Of a DNA stretch of 64,000 nt, positions 37,190-45,872 are shown one piece after another. Each line of letters opens with the position of its first letter. Position 1 is the first letter of the stretch. The stretch is from Candidatus Woesearchaeota archaeon. GTDB taxonomy: Archaea; Nanobdellota; Nanobdellia; Woesearchaeales; SM23-78. The position numbers were made by a program, and so were the translations under genes. The notes beneath the pieces were generated by a model. It did no database searches and was not told where the DNA came from. It was given only the letters and a program-made list of their open reading frames with translations. The stretch covers positions 35,457-99,456 of the forward strand of contig JAFGDD010000004.1 of NCBI GenBank assembly GCA_016932315.1, read 5' to 3'.

Positions 37190-37591
37190 ATGAACTTTAT
37201 CATTAGCACCAATAAAAAGCAGGAATTAATTGACATCACAGACCAGGTTAATGCTCTTGTTGTAAAAAGCAGAGTAAAGGAGGGCTTGTGCCATGTATTT
37301 GTGAAGCACGCCACTGCAGCAGTAATCATAAATGAGAATGATGACCCGAATATATGTATTGACCTCATTAATGCGCTTAACAAGGCTTTCCCTGACAACG
37401 CAGGCTATTTGCACGACAGTATTGATGGCAATGCAGGCGCTCATATCAAAGCAGCAGTGCTTGGCCCCAGCGAAACAGTGCCTGTAACTAATGGAAGGCT
37501 TGATCTTGGAAGGTGGCAGGCAGTAATGCTTGTAGAGCTTGATGGCCCTAGACAAAGAGAGGTTTTTGTGAGCATTCTTAATAAGAAATAA
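37190..37591 (+). CDS. YjbQ/UPF0047 family protein (secondary thiamine-phosphate synthase-like)
   Basis: GLCHVFVKHATAAVIINENDDP...HIKAAVLGPSETVPV.NGRL.LGRWQAV.LVELDGPR.R is the conserved YjbQ core. Start taken at internal MNFIIS (ORF track starts 28 codons earlier). Confidence 0.75.
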   Translation: MNFIISTNKKQELIDITDQVNALVVKSRVKEGLCHVFVKHATAAVIINENDDPNICIDLINALNKAFPDNAGYLHDSIDGNAGAHIKAAVLGPSETVPVTNGRLDLGRWQAVMLVELDGPRQREVFVSILNKK

Positions 37592-37640
37592 GCTTTAATA
37601 AGCAAAAAATATTTTATATGATCGTCTTCTGGCTTTTAAT

Positions 37641-38138
37641 CTATTTTTTACAGATGTCAAGGGTGATTTCCATTTCGCCAGGATAAAGTGGCAGGAAAAC
37701 CCATCCTTGCTCCCTGTTTTTTATTTTAGAGGTGCAGTTCAAACTAATGAAAGTAAGGTTGGTTTTCTCAAGAGTGAGGTTGAAGCTTATACTCCAGTTA
37801 ATCAGGGTCTTGTCCAGTATCTTGATGAGGGTAAGATTAACCATTTGGCAGCTGGTGTATTCATTGCAAACATATGAGTGGTATGTTTTGGCGCAATCAG
37901 TTATGAGTTCTGACAAGGCAATGTTGTGGCATTCCTCGACGCTTGTTTTGGTCAGGCTTATCAGGAAGTTGGTTGCCATTTCCTTGTCAATGTAAATCTT
38001 CTGAATATTTTTGGCAGGGTTGCTAAGCTTGTACACCAGAAAAAAGAGCATTCCTGTAATTACTATTATTACAATAATAACCAGCCCTATAATTTCCATC
38101 TGGGCTTTTGAATTTTGATGCTGTATAATTTTGCTCAT
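37641..38138 (-). CDS. Type IV pilin-like protein (archaeal class III signal peptide)
   Basis: MSKIIQHQNSKA|QMEIIGLVIIVIIVITG has a charged n-region, [KR][AS]Q, then a hydrophobic helix, as in archaeal pilins with Q at +1. ORF track start is at 38177. Confidence 0.5.
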   Translation of the reverse strand: MSKIIQHQNSKAQMEIIGLVIIVIIVITGMLFFLVYKLSNPAKNIQKIYIDKEMATNFLISLTKTSVEECHNIALSELITDCAKTYHSYVCNEYTSCQMVNLTLIKILDKTLINWSISFNLTLEKTNLTFISLNCTSKIKNREQGWVFLPLYPGEMEITLDICKK

Positions 38139-38178
38139 AAATTCTTGCTCACATAATTCTCCCTGAGTCTCGCACAAC

Positions 38179-38712
38179 TTATTCGTATACTTGCAGTTCC
38201 ATAACTCCTAAGGCATATGCCTTGGTTAATGGATTGTAAAGGCTTACAGGCACGCGCACCATATCTGCAGTCTTGGTTTTGCCTGCGTTCTCCCATAAAA
38301 TCCAATAATCCGTGCCTAAAGTTCTTGAATCAGACGGGTAAATTTCTACTACACTTATCTTTGAGTTTCTTAGCAAGTCAAAATAATAGTTAAAGGAGTA
38401 AGAATTATCCTGTTTAGTCTGATTAATGAAGCTGCCAAGCACCATTAGCTTTGTAATGTCTAAACACATAAATTCTGAGGTTCCTATTTCTGAGCATTCG
38501 AGCTCTGGCCAGAAGCTAAGCCTGTGCGCAATTTCCACAACTCTTGCATTCCTAAGCTGCCTTTGCTTCTCCTTTATGCTTACCTCCTGGAATTTTGAAT
38601 AGAAGACAACACTGAGGACAATAATAATTATTATTATAAAAACTACAAATATCGTTTCAGTCATCTGAAGCTCTGCTTTCTTTGCAACTGTTGTTTTATT
38701 GTTTTTTCTCAT
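38179..38712 (-). CDS. Type IV pilin-like protein
   Basis: N-terminal VAKKAELQMTETIFVVFIIIIIIVLSV (charged, then long hydrophobic stretch). Stop abuts the next gene. Confidence 0.4.
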   Translation of the reverse strand: MRKNNKTTVAKKAELQMTETIFVVFIIIIIIVLSVVFYSKFQEVSIKEKQRQLRNARVVEIAHRLSFWPELECSEIGTSEFMCLDITKLMVLGSFINQTKQDNSYSFNYYFDLLRNSKISVVEIYPSDSRTLGTDYWILWENAGKTKTADMVRVPVSLYNPLTKAYALGVMELQVYE

Positions 38713-38784
38713 TTTCAGCTCATTAAAAAATTTATATACTTTTTTAATTCTTTAATCTTCTAATTCTTTAATCTTTTAATACTT

Positions 38785-39870
38785 TTAATATATTCTTGGG
38801 CAATTAGTTTTCTGTAACAAGTAATTGTTAAGAGTTCTCAAATCATTAACTGCCAAGAATAATGAATATATGTCGGGTAGCAGAGGTTCTTTTTTTCCAG
38901 AATATTCCTGAATATTTGCCAGGTAAAGGGCTGCGCTGTTCTCTGCCCCAATATAAGCATCTGAGCAGCTCTCAACTGTGTTTTCAGAGTAATAAATCAT
39001 TCTTTGCTGATAAAGCTGCGCTAGGAGTTCTAGGCGCAAAAGGCTTTTCTTAAAGTTGTGTTCATAAATGGTCTTGTCATGACTTATCACGCCGCCAAGT
39101 ATAGAATCCAAGCCTAAATACAGAGCTGCATCTGCGTTGTTGCCTACAAATCCTGCTTCAGGGGAGTAAGTAGAAAATATCATCTCGCCATAATCCAGCA
39201 ATACTCCTTGTGCTGGCTTTATGACGACTGCAAATAACCTTTTATCACCATTAACAAAATTTAGCTGACCGACTCCGAGAGGAGCATATTCATCATCAAA
39301 AATAAAAACTGTATGTTCATAATTATTATCTTCATAAACGGCAACTTCTGATGTGTCAATGAATTTCTTGGTTGCGTCCTCTGGCATGGCATCAAAAACA
39401 GCATTCAACAAAGGAGAATCTAATGAACCAACAAAAACATATTCTATATCTTTGTCAGTAATATAAACGAAAGGCATGATTTTGAAGGGGGCATTAAAGA
39501 TTCTGGTAAGAATAACCAGCTCGTCACTCTTAATCTCTGAAGGTGAAAAAATAACATTATAATCATACCGGCTTGACTTAAGAGCTCCTTCAACATAATA
39601 CTCTGACGTTACATCGGAGGTGAAGAATATTTTTTTGCCTGCTTTGTCAAAAAGAATGCTCCTTTGGGTGTTCTCTGAAGCAGAACTGATTTTTAGAAGG
39701 TTATCAAGCTCAAGCGTTGCTTCCTGCGCTGAGCTTTTATCAGCACTAGAGCTCTGGTTGGCTATCACGCTGAAGAAGAAACCTAAAAAGACTGCTCCTG
39801 CTATGAGCACAAATATCCAGTTGAACTGAAGAGTAAAACCCTTCCTATTAAAAAGCCTCTTTTTAAGCAT
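38785..39870 (-). CDS. Type IV pilin-like protein with bacterial-type G|FTLxQ motif
   Basis: MLKKRLFNRKG|FTLQFNWIFVLIAGAVFLGFFF resembles the prepilin G|FTLIE consensus, with Gln at +5. Confidence 0.45.
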   Translation of the reverse strand: MLKKRLFNRKGFTLQFNWIFVLIAGAVFLGFFFSVIANQSSSADKSSAQEATLELDNLLKISSASENTQRSILFDKAGKKIFFTSDVTSEYYVEGALKSSRYDYNVIFSPSEIKSDELVILTRIFNAPFKIMPFVYITDKDIEYVFVGSLDSPLLNAVFDAMPEDATKKFIDTSEVAVYEDNNYEHTVFIFDDEYAPLGVGQLNFVNGDKRLFAVVIKPAQGVLLDYGEMIFSTYSPEAGFVGNNADAALYLGLDSILGGVISHDKTIYEHNFKKSLLRLELLAQLYQQRMIYYSENTVESCSDAYIGAENSAALYLANIQEYSGKKEPLLPDIYSLFLAVNDLRTLNNYLLQKTNCPRIY

Positions 39871-39948
39871 TTCATCACCGCGTTCATCGCACTCCTCGCA
39901 CTTAGTGTGTGCCTTTGAAACTCTTTTTAACCTTTTTTTAACCTCTTT

Positions 39949-40464
39949 TTAATTCCAGCCAGATTCTATCTGAACTTTGCTGCCCAGCCCTGTGAAGACA
40001 AGCTTGAAGTTGCCATTTCTTGCTTTGAAGCATTCTAAATGCGAGGTTGTGGGAATGCTTATCTTTTGTGAAAATTTATTTACATTTTTCAATGGCTCTG
40101 TAAACTCTGCCTTGACAAAAATATTGGCTGTACATGCACTAAGATAGTTTCTAATTTCCACTTCAGCAGCAGGGAGACTGTCAATTGAAAACAATGAACT
40201 TTCTCTTGGGCAAAAATCAGAGTCTGCAAAACAAACCTCCTTAACATTGCAAGCCGCTTTAAGAGTTTCTTCGTGCACAGATCCTGCATCTGTGTATTCG
40301 TCAATAAAATTAAGGATAGAACGCTCAAAAACAATTCTTTGGTGTTCGCACTGCGCATTCATGATTGAGGATATGCCTTTGTAACCTACCACTATGAGCA
40401 CTCCAACAACCAGTAACACCATGATGTAAATGAAGACTTGGCTTATCTGAGCTCTTTTTTCCAT
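39949..40464 (-). CDS. Type IV pilin-like protein (class III signal peptide, Q at +1)
   Basis: MEKRA|QISQVFIYIMVLLVVGVLIVVG. Confidence 0.5.
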   Translation of the reverse strand: MEKRAQISQVFIYIMVLLVVGVLIVVGYKGISSIMNAQCEHQRIVFERSILNFIDEYTDAGSVHEETLKAACNVKEVCFADSDFCPRESSLFSIDSLPAAEVEIRNYLSACTANIFVKAEFTEPLKNVNKFSQKISIPTTSHLECFKARNGNFKLVFTGLGSKVQIESGWN

Positions 40465-40592
40465 AAAAAACCTCGCAGGAATTGTGATAATCGTTATAAG
40501 TTAGTATAAACATAATAAACATAATAAAATAGTATAAAATTATAATAAAATAAAGTATAATCATTAATGCTTCCTAATATGAGCGCATTATT

Positions 40593-42515
40593 TTATTTTT
40601 TTGAATCTTTTTTCTTCTTATATGAATCAGATAATGTCTTTAGCTTATCAAATGTGGCGCTCGAATCCTTTTTTGGCTGGCTAGCTTTCTCAGTTTTTTC
40701 TTCTTTTTGTTCCTTGGCCTGACCGGGCTTCTTGCCCAGCTCAGATAATGGTATGAAATCTTCTTCCTCCCCCTCTTTACCAACAGCCTTAGCTGCAATT
40801 GCAGCCCCAGCTCCTTTACTCTGCTCTGCAGGAATTCCTGACTTGACTTTTGTAGTATCAAATCCTTGCAGCAAAGCCTTTCTTTCTCCTTGTTTCTGGG
40901 CAATGGCAGGAGGTGTTAATCTTCTTGGCTGAATAAGCTGTTGTTGAGCTCTGGCTTGTGTAGGTCTCTGTACACCAGCACCTGCTGGCTGAGTTTTTTT
41001 CTGAGGCATTAATACCTTTCTGTAATAAACCAAGAACCCAGCACTGCCAAGCATTAAGAGTAATCCAATTATTAAAAGAATAATTTGTAATGTTCTGTTT
41101 TTTGAACCGCAGTCAGGAATCTCGCTTGTTGGATCGGTTTCTTCATAATACTCATCGAGATTAGTGCAGCCATCCTTGTCAGGGTTTTCATCAGCGTCAT
41201 CATTATCCTTGTCCAAACCATATTTGTCCTCCCACCAATCAGGCATGCCATCTCCGTCACTATCAAGTTCCTTGTCTACAACGCATATGCCTGCTTCGCA
41301 AATGCCTGAAGTGCAGTCATTGCCAGAAAGGCATTTTTGACCTGTTTCACATTTCTTGCTGCATCCTCCGCCACAGTCAATGTCAGTTTCGTCACCGTTT
41401 TGAAATTTGTCAGAACAACTAGCAACAGAACATTTTTTGGTTGTGGGATGACAGAAATTAGAAATACAATCATTGTCTCTGTTGCAACTCTTGTTTATAT
41501 CGCAGCCAGGGCAACTGGCGCCGCAATCCACATCACTCTCAAGACCATTCTGCAAGCCATCAGTGCAACTGGGGGCAGAGCATATTCCTGCTTTGCAATA
41601 GTATGATGCGCAGTCTTCATTAACAAAACACTTTTTGCCGTCAGCACAACCTAAACAACTGCCTCCGCAATCAACATCAGTTTCATCACCGTCTTTGATG
41701 CTGTCAAAACAGGAAGTATTAAAGCTTGAATTAGCGCCTACTATGCATGAGCTCGTGTCAAAGTGGCAATCAGCACTGCATTTCAAACTGCCTCCTATAA
41801 ATGCAGTGAAGCTTTTGCAGTCATTAATACTGCCCCAATCATTCTTGTCGCATAGTTCTGCATCATTCAACACATAATCACCACATTCTCCGCTCTCATT
41901 TACTGAGATGCAATTCCTAACGTTAAATGTGCAATTGCTGTTGCAGCTTAATGTGCCATTAATAAAAGCACCAATAGTCCTGCAACTTTGGCCATTAAGA
42001 TTGCTTGACTCGCATTCTTCTCCGGCGTCAATTCTCTTATTGCCACAACTCTCCAGCTTGCAATATGCGCTGCAGCCATCACCATCAATGTTGTTGCCAT
42101 CATCGCATTCTTCGCTTCGATTTACTTTCCTGTCACCACAACCAGCAGGATAGACTGGCTTGATTTCAAACATCTTAGAATCATTCCTTTTGTTACCGAC
42201 CCTGTCCTGAACCATGATGATGTAAGTATAAGTGCCTGCTGGCAAGGTGCTTCTGGTGGTAGTAACAAAAGTCTTGCCATTATTCAGAGTGTCGGTATCC
42301 AGACTAAAGCTCTGATTATTTGAATCTATTATTTTAGCACTCACCAAGCTTACAGACTCATTATAGGTGGCATTAATTCTCACACTCGTCGAATTAATGG
42401 TAATCCATTGCGAGCTGACTGCTTCAGCAGAAAAAAGGTTTATAAAAAAAAGAAAGCAAAAAAGCAACAATGACAATAGTATAACTCCTGAAAAAATACT
42501 TACTCCTTTACTCAT
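40593..42515 (-). CDS. Type I membrane surface protein with Myxococcus-type Cys-rich repeats, TSP3-like Ca-binding Asp repeats, a TM and a disordered cytoplasmic tail
   Basis: Sec signal (MSKGVSIFSGVILLSLLLFCFLFF...AEA). CGDRKVNRSEECDDGNNIDGDGCSAYCKLE matches the Myxo-disulfide repeat consensus. There are three copies of DGDETD(V/I)DCGG.C..C and a DSDGDGMPDWWED Asp-rich run. TM LQIILLIIGLLLMLGSAGFLVYY. The cytoplasmic tail of about 140 aa is K/Q/A/E-rich. Start taken at internal ATG 42515 (ORF track 42605). Confidence 0.6.
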   Translation of the reverse strand: MSKGVSIFSGVILLSLLLFCFLFFINLFSAEAVSSQWITINSTSVRINATYNESVSLVSAKIIDSNNQSFSLDTDTLNNGKTFVTTTRSTLPAGTYTYIIMVQDRVGNKRNDSKMFEIKPVYPAGCGDRKVNRSEECDDGNNIDGDGCSAYCKLESCGNKRIDAGEECESSNLNGQSCRTIGAFINGTLSCNSNCTFNVRNCISVNESGECGDYVLNDAELCDKNDWGSINDCKSFTAFIGGSLKCSADCHFDTSSCIVGANSSFNTSCFDSIKDGDETDVDCGGSCLGCADGKKCFVNEDCASYYCKAGICSAPSCTDGLQNGLESDVDCGASCPGCDINKSCNRDNDCISNFCHPTTKKCSVASCSDKFQNGDETDIDCGGGCSKKCETGQKCLSGNDCTSGICEAGICVVDKELDSDGDGMPDWWEDKYGLDKDNDDADENPDKDGCTNLDEYYEETDPTSEIPDCGSKNRTLQIILLIIGLLLMLGSAGFLVYYRKVLMPQKKTQPAGAGVQRPTQARAQQQLIQPRRLTPPAIAQKQGERKALLQGFDTTKVKSGIPAEQSKGAGAAIAAKAVGKEGEEEDFIPLSELGKKPGQAKEQKEEKTEKASQPKKDSSATFDKLKTLSDSYKKKKDSKK

Positions 42516-42683
42516 TCTAATAAGCCCAGCATGATTAAATTTAATATTATTAAATTTAATATTATTTTTTTTTATATTGCTAACCTTGTTGCTTTTCCCC
42601 TTCATAATATAAACCTCTTTTTTAATTCTGCTCTTAAAATTACCATCTCATCAATGTCAAGTTACATTAATTTTATGTGGTTG

Positions 42684-45600
42684 TTATCTGTTTGGCGCGA
42701 TAGTAATGATTGGCTCATCTGGTGGCTCAATATCATATAATATTCCTAGTAATGTGTTGCTGTAGGTGTTGCCTGCAAAGTCCTCTGCATAGAATAATAC
42801 ATCTGTAAAGTTGGTTCTGTTGCCAATATTAATACTAATTGCAAAGATGCCTGTATCGTTTGAGAAGCAGGGCTGCTTCTGACCTGTGAGTACACAATTA
42901 TTAATGCAACTGGCTTGGTTGTTTCTCGTGTTCTTAGCACAAACATATCTTGAGTCTGTTGAAGTAATGCCTTGCGCAGGAACAATCTGTAGATTAGTCG
43001 GGAAGTTTGAAGCATTAGACGGACTGGTCAGGTCAATGAATGGTTTTTCTGCATCCACTCTGATGGTAGTGTTCTTTACCTGCTCCAAGTTCTTTGCAGG
43101 GTCCTGGGAATAATAATAAATCTGATAACTCCCAGATACAGGCAGCTTCTTTGAGTATTCGCTGTTTCTTCCTAATTCATCAGGATAGCAATAATTGCTC
43201 GCACTGACTATGCAAAACGAGGTGTTAATAAGATTTGATGGATAATTATCAGTTGCAGTGTATTTAATATTAACAGTGGCTGGGTAAACTCCAAATCCTG
43301 AAGGAAGTATGGTTGTTGTTGGGCTGGAGAAGTCTGCCTCGCAGTAACGGTCTCCTATTGGGCAATCTCTTCCCGTATTGGTTATAAAGTTTATTGGATT
43401 ATTATCTGCATCTCTAAAGCAGTAAAGCCCTGTCCAATAGCATTTTCCTAGGCGCAATGAATCGCTGCTTGCAGGAGCGAGCTGATGAGTTCCGCCAACT
43501 CTTATAGTGTTATTATATGTCGCATCCACGTGCACTGGCTGTCCGCCTGTACAGTTCTGCTGAATAAGATAATCAAGGCAAGAGGCAGTGGATTGTTTTG
43601 AGCAGGATTGGGCGCTGATCAAAGAAGAAGTGCCCTGGTAATAACATGATCCAAATAATTTGCATACTTCTGGAGTGCAGCCAGGACTTAGCCAATTGTA
43701 TTGGCTAGAATCACAGAATTCACACTTATGCAATTGAGGATTAGTAGGTCTGCATAACCCCCCGAGGGCATGCTGATCTTCATTCAGCCACACCCATTCG
43801 CAAATCTTGTTCTTGGCGCAAGGGTCAGCAGGGTCAGTGCAAGCTGCTTCTGACTTATAATCATAACAACTGGCAATGTTAGCACAATAATCAAATGCAT
43901 TGAATAAGCTTAGAGTTCTGTCAATGTAACACCCTTCAATCAAGTCTCTTTCAGGGCGGCCATTTTCCTTGCAGAACTTGGTAACCCTATAACCGCCTTC
44001 TTCTACAGTAACATTAAGGTCCAGATGAGCAAACATACCAAACAAGCCATTGCAGCTATCGCAGATGCTTTGATTAACGCACTTAGTTTCACCATTATCA
44101 TTTGGTCCCATGCAGTGCTTGCCGCCAGGGGTGCAATCCTCTATTGTCTCAAGATTATTGTTGGCGCCACATTTTTTCCTGGCGTTATTCATGCAGAACT
44201 GCGGAGGATGAGATTCCATGCAATAATAATTTCCTGTGGAAGTGCATTTTATCTGGGAAGCTCCTACCTTGGAAGTGTCTGTTATGAAGTAAGCGTTCAG
44301 GTAGTAGCAGTACTCTGAGTTCTGGCTTAGAGGGCCGTCTGAATAAGTTGTAGTAAATTTAGGAATGCTTGCATCAATTGGATTGAATTGAGTGGGCGAA
44401 CTGCATGCAACAGTTGTATTTTTTTGGCAGCGAAATAATGAGTAACTTGATATACTTGGGGCACAAGCACTATGCGTACTCCAGGATAGATTTATTTTCT
44501 TTGATAGGGAGTCAAAATTTGAGGAAAGAACTGGCTTCATGGTTATGGCAGTACAATTTGCAGGCCCGCACATGCAATCCTCACATTCTACGCCATTAGG
44601 GCACATCATGCCTATTTCGCAGGCTTCTGTGGGTGCAAGAACAAGGTCTCCGCAGCCAGATATTCCTTTGCAATTGCAAGCCCCTATCTCACCAAGATTA
44701 GCGCAATCATTGGCAGAGCATAAGCTGAATTGTCCTGAACCAGCAAGAGTATCTTCGCACGTCTCATAAGGATAAGTAACTATTCCATCGCCACAAACAG
44801 GACTGTAAACATTGCAATCAGCATCATTGTCAGCAGTACAACCAAGCGGGCAAACACCATTTGGAGTTGATGAGCAAACACAATCAGAATCATAATTAAT
44901 GTCTTCTGGGTTTGAAGAGCAGGCAACAGGGCAGTCTGCATTGTTATCAATGCATATTATTGAACCACAGTCATCAGGGTCATCAGGTCCGCAATAGTTG
45001 CAATATTCAGCTTTATGTACCTCTACTGTAAGATCATAAAACTTCCATATTGAGTTAACGCAATAAGCATTTGCAGAGGCATTGCAGCTTTCATTTGTAC
45101 ATTGACAATTAAGCTGAATATTTATGTTGGATGCGTCTGACGCGAGGTTTGCAATGGTTATGTTAGATGGTGCGCATCCTGGCTTTGAAGCAGCCACGAT
45201 AACATTTGTTCCGCCATCTACATTGTTAAGAATGAAAGAGCCATCTATTTTTGAATAATTCGCCACCCCTTTTGCACTAACAAAAGCCCTGCTTATAGAA
45301 CTGCCTGATGTCGACTGAATACTTCCTGAAACTGAAAATCCTGCGCCTGAGCAACTGCATGGCGCACCAGGGGTAACTTGTGAAGGGAAAAAGGTGCTGG
45401 GGGGTTCACAAGAAATATTAATGCTTCCAACACTAGTACCTGCTGGTGGGCAACAACATCCTAGAGCACATTGGGAAACTTCAGTGGTACAAGATTTTTC
45501 ATCAAAATAAAGTACACTGCCGGTGTTACAATTGTCTTGAGATGCTACTGTTGAACACGACTTTGCTTGCAAATCAACGCAGCAACCAGTTGCCATGGCG

Positions 45601-45689
45601 AGGTCTGCAAATAAAAGACTGAAAATCATTCCTGACAGAAACAAAATGATAAATAATAATTTTTTTTCTTTGAGCATTATATTCACCAC
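42684..45689 (-). CDS. Giant secreted cysteine-rich surface protein (1001 aa)
   Basis: Sec signal. A carboxypeptidase-regulatory-like beta-sandwich segment (GSFILNNVDGGTNVIVAASKPG). Dense Cys spacing and many N-x-S/T sequons. No TM anchor. Confidence 0.55.
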   Translation of the reverse strand: MVNIMLKEKKLLFIILFLSGMIFSLLFADLAMATGCCVDLQAKSCSTVASQDNCNTGSVLYFDEKSCTTEVSQCALGCCCPPAGTSVGSINISCEPPSTFFPSQVTPGAPCSCSGAGFSVSGSIQSTSGSSISRAFVSAKGVANYSKIDGSFILNNVDGGTNVIVAASKPGCAPSNITIANLASDASNINIQLNCQCTNESCNASANAYCVNSIWKFYDLTVEVHKAEYCNYCGPDDPDDCGSIICIDNNADCPVACSSNPEDINYDSDCVCSSTPNGVCPLGCTADNDADCNVYSPVCGDGIVTYPYETCEDTLAGSGQFSLCSANDCANLGEIGACNCKGISGCGDLVLAPTEACEIGMMCPNGVECEDCMCGPANCTAITMKPVLSSNFDSLSKKINLSWSTHSACAPSISSYSLFRCQKNTTVACSSPTQFNPIDASIPKFTTTYSDGPLSQNSEYCYYLNAYFITDTSKVGASQIKCTSTGNYYCMESHPPQFCMNNARKKCGANNNLETIEDCTPGGKHCMGPNDNGETKCVNQSICDSCNGLFGMFAHLDLNVTVEEGGYRVTKFCKENGRPERDLIEGCYIDRTLSLFNAFDYCANIASCYDYKSEAACTDPADPCAKNKICEWVWLNEDQHALGGLCRPTNPQLHKCEFCDSSQYNWLSPGCTPEVCKLFGSCYYQGTSSLISAQSCSKQSTASCLDYLIQQNCTGGQPVHVDATYNNTIRVGGTHQLAPASSDSLRLGKCYWTGLYCFRDADNNPINFITNTGRDCPIGDRYCEADFSSPTTTILPSGFGVYPATVNIKYTATDNYPSNLINTSFCIVSASNYCYPDELGRNSEYSKKLPVSGSYQIYYYSQDPAKNLEQVKNTTIRVDAEKPFIDLTSPSNASNFPTNLQIVPAQGITSTDSRYVCAKNTRNNQASCINNCVLTGQKQPCFSNDTGIFAISINIGNRTNFTDVLFYAEDFAGNTYSNTLLGILYDIEPPDEPIITIAPNR

Positions 45690-45872
45690 CCTCTTTTCAT
45701 TTTGAAATCTTACTTAAAACTATATAAATGTTATTATTATGACACGATATTCCACTATTGACTTTTTTAACTTTTTTAACTCTTTATTCTTTTTAATTTG
45801 TTCTTTAATTTGCGTATATATCTATTTTATCTTAATTTATTTATTATCTTTTTCCTTTCATTTATTTTAAAT

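Noticed and set aside
42516-42605. 30-codon N/K-rich N-terminal extension (MKGKSNKVSNIKKNNIKFNNIKFN...) of the 670-aa protein
   Set aside because: It is encoded by a perfect tandem 15-mer of AT-rich DNA sitting where the TATA/BRE should be for the internal ATG at 42515. A 30-aa basic leader before a Sec signal peptide is implausible.
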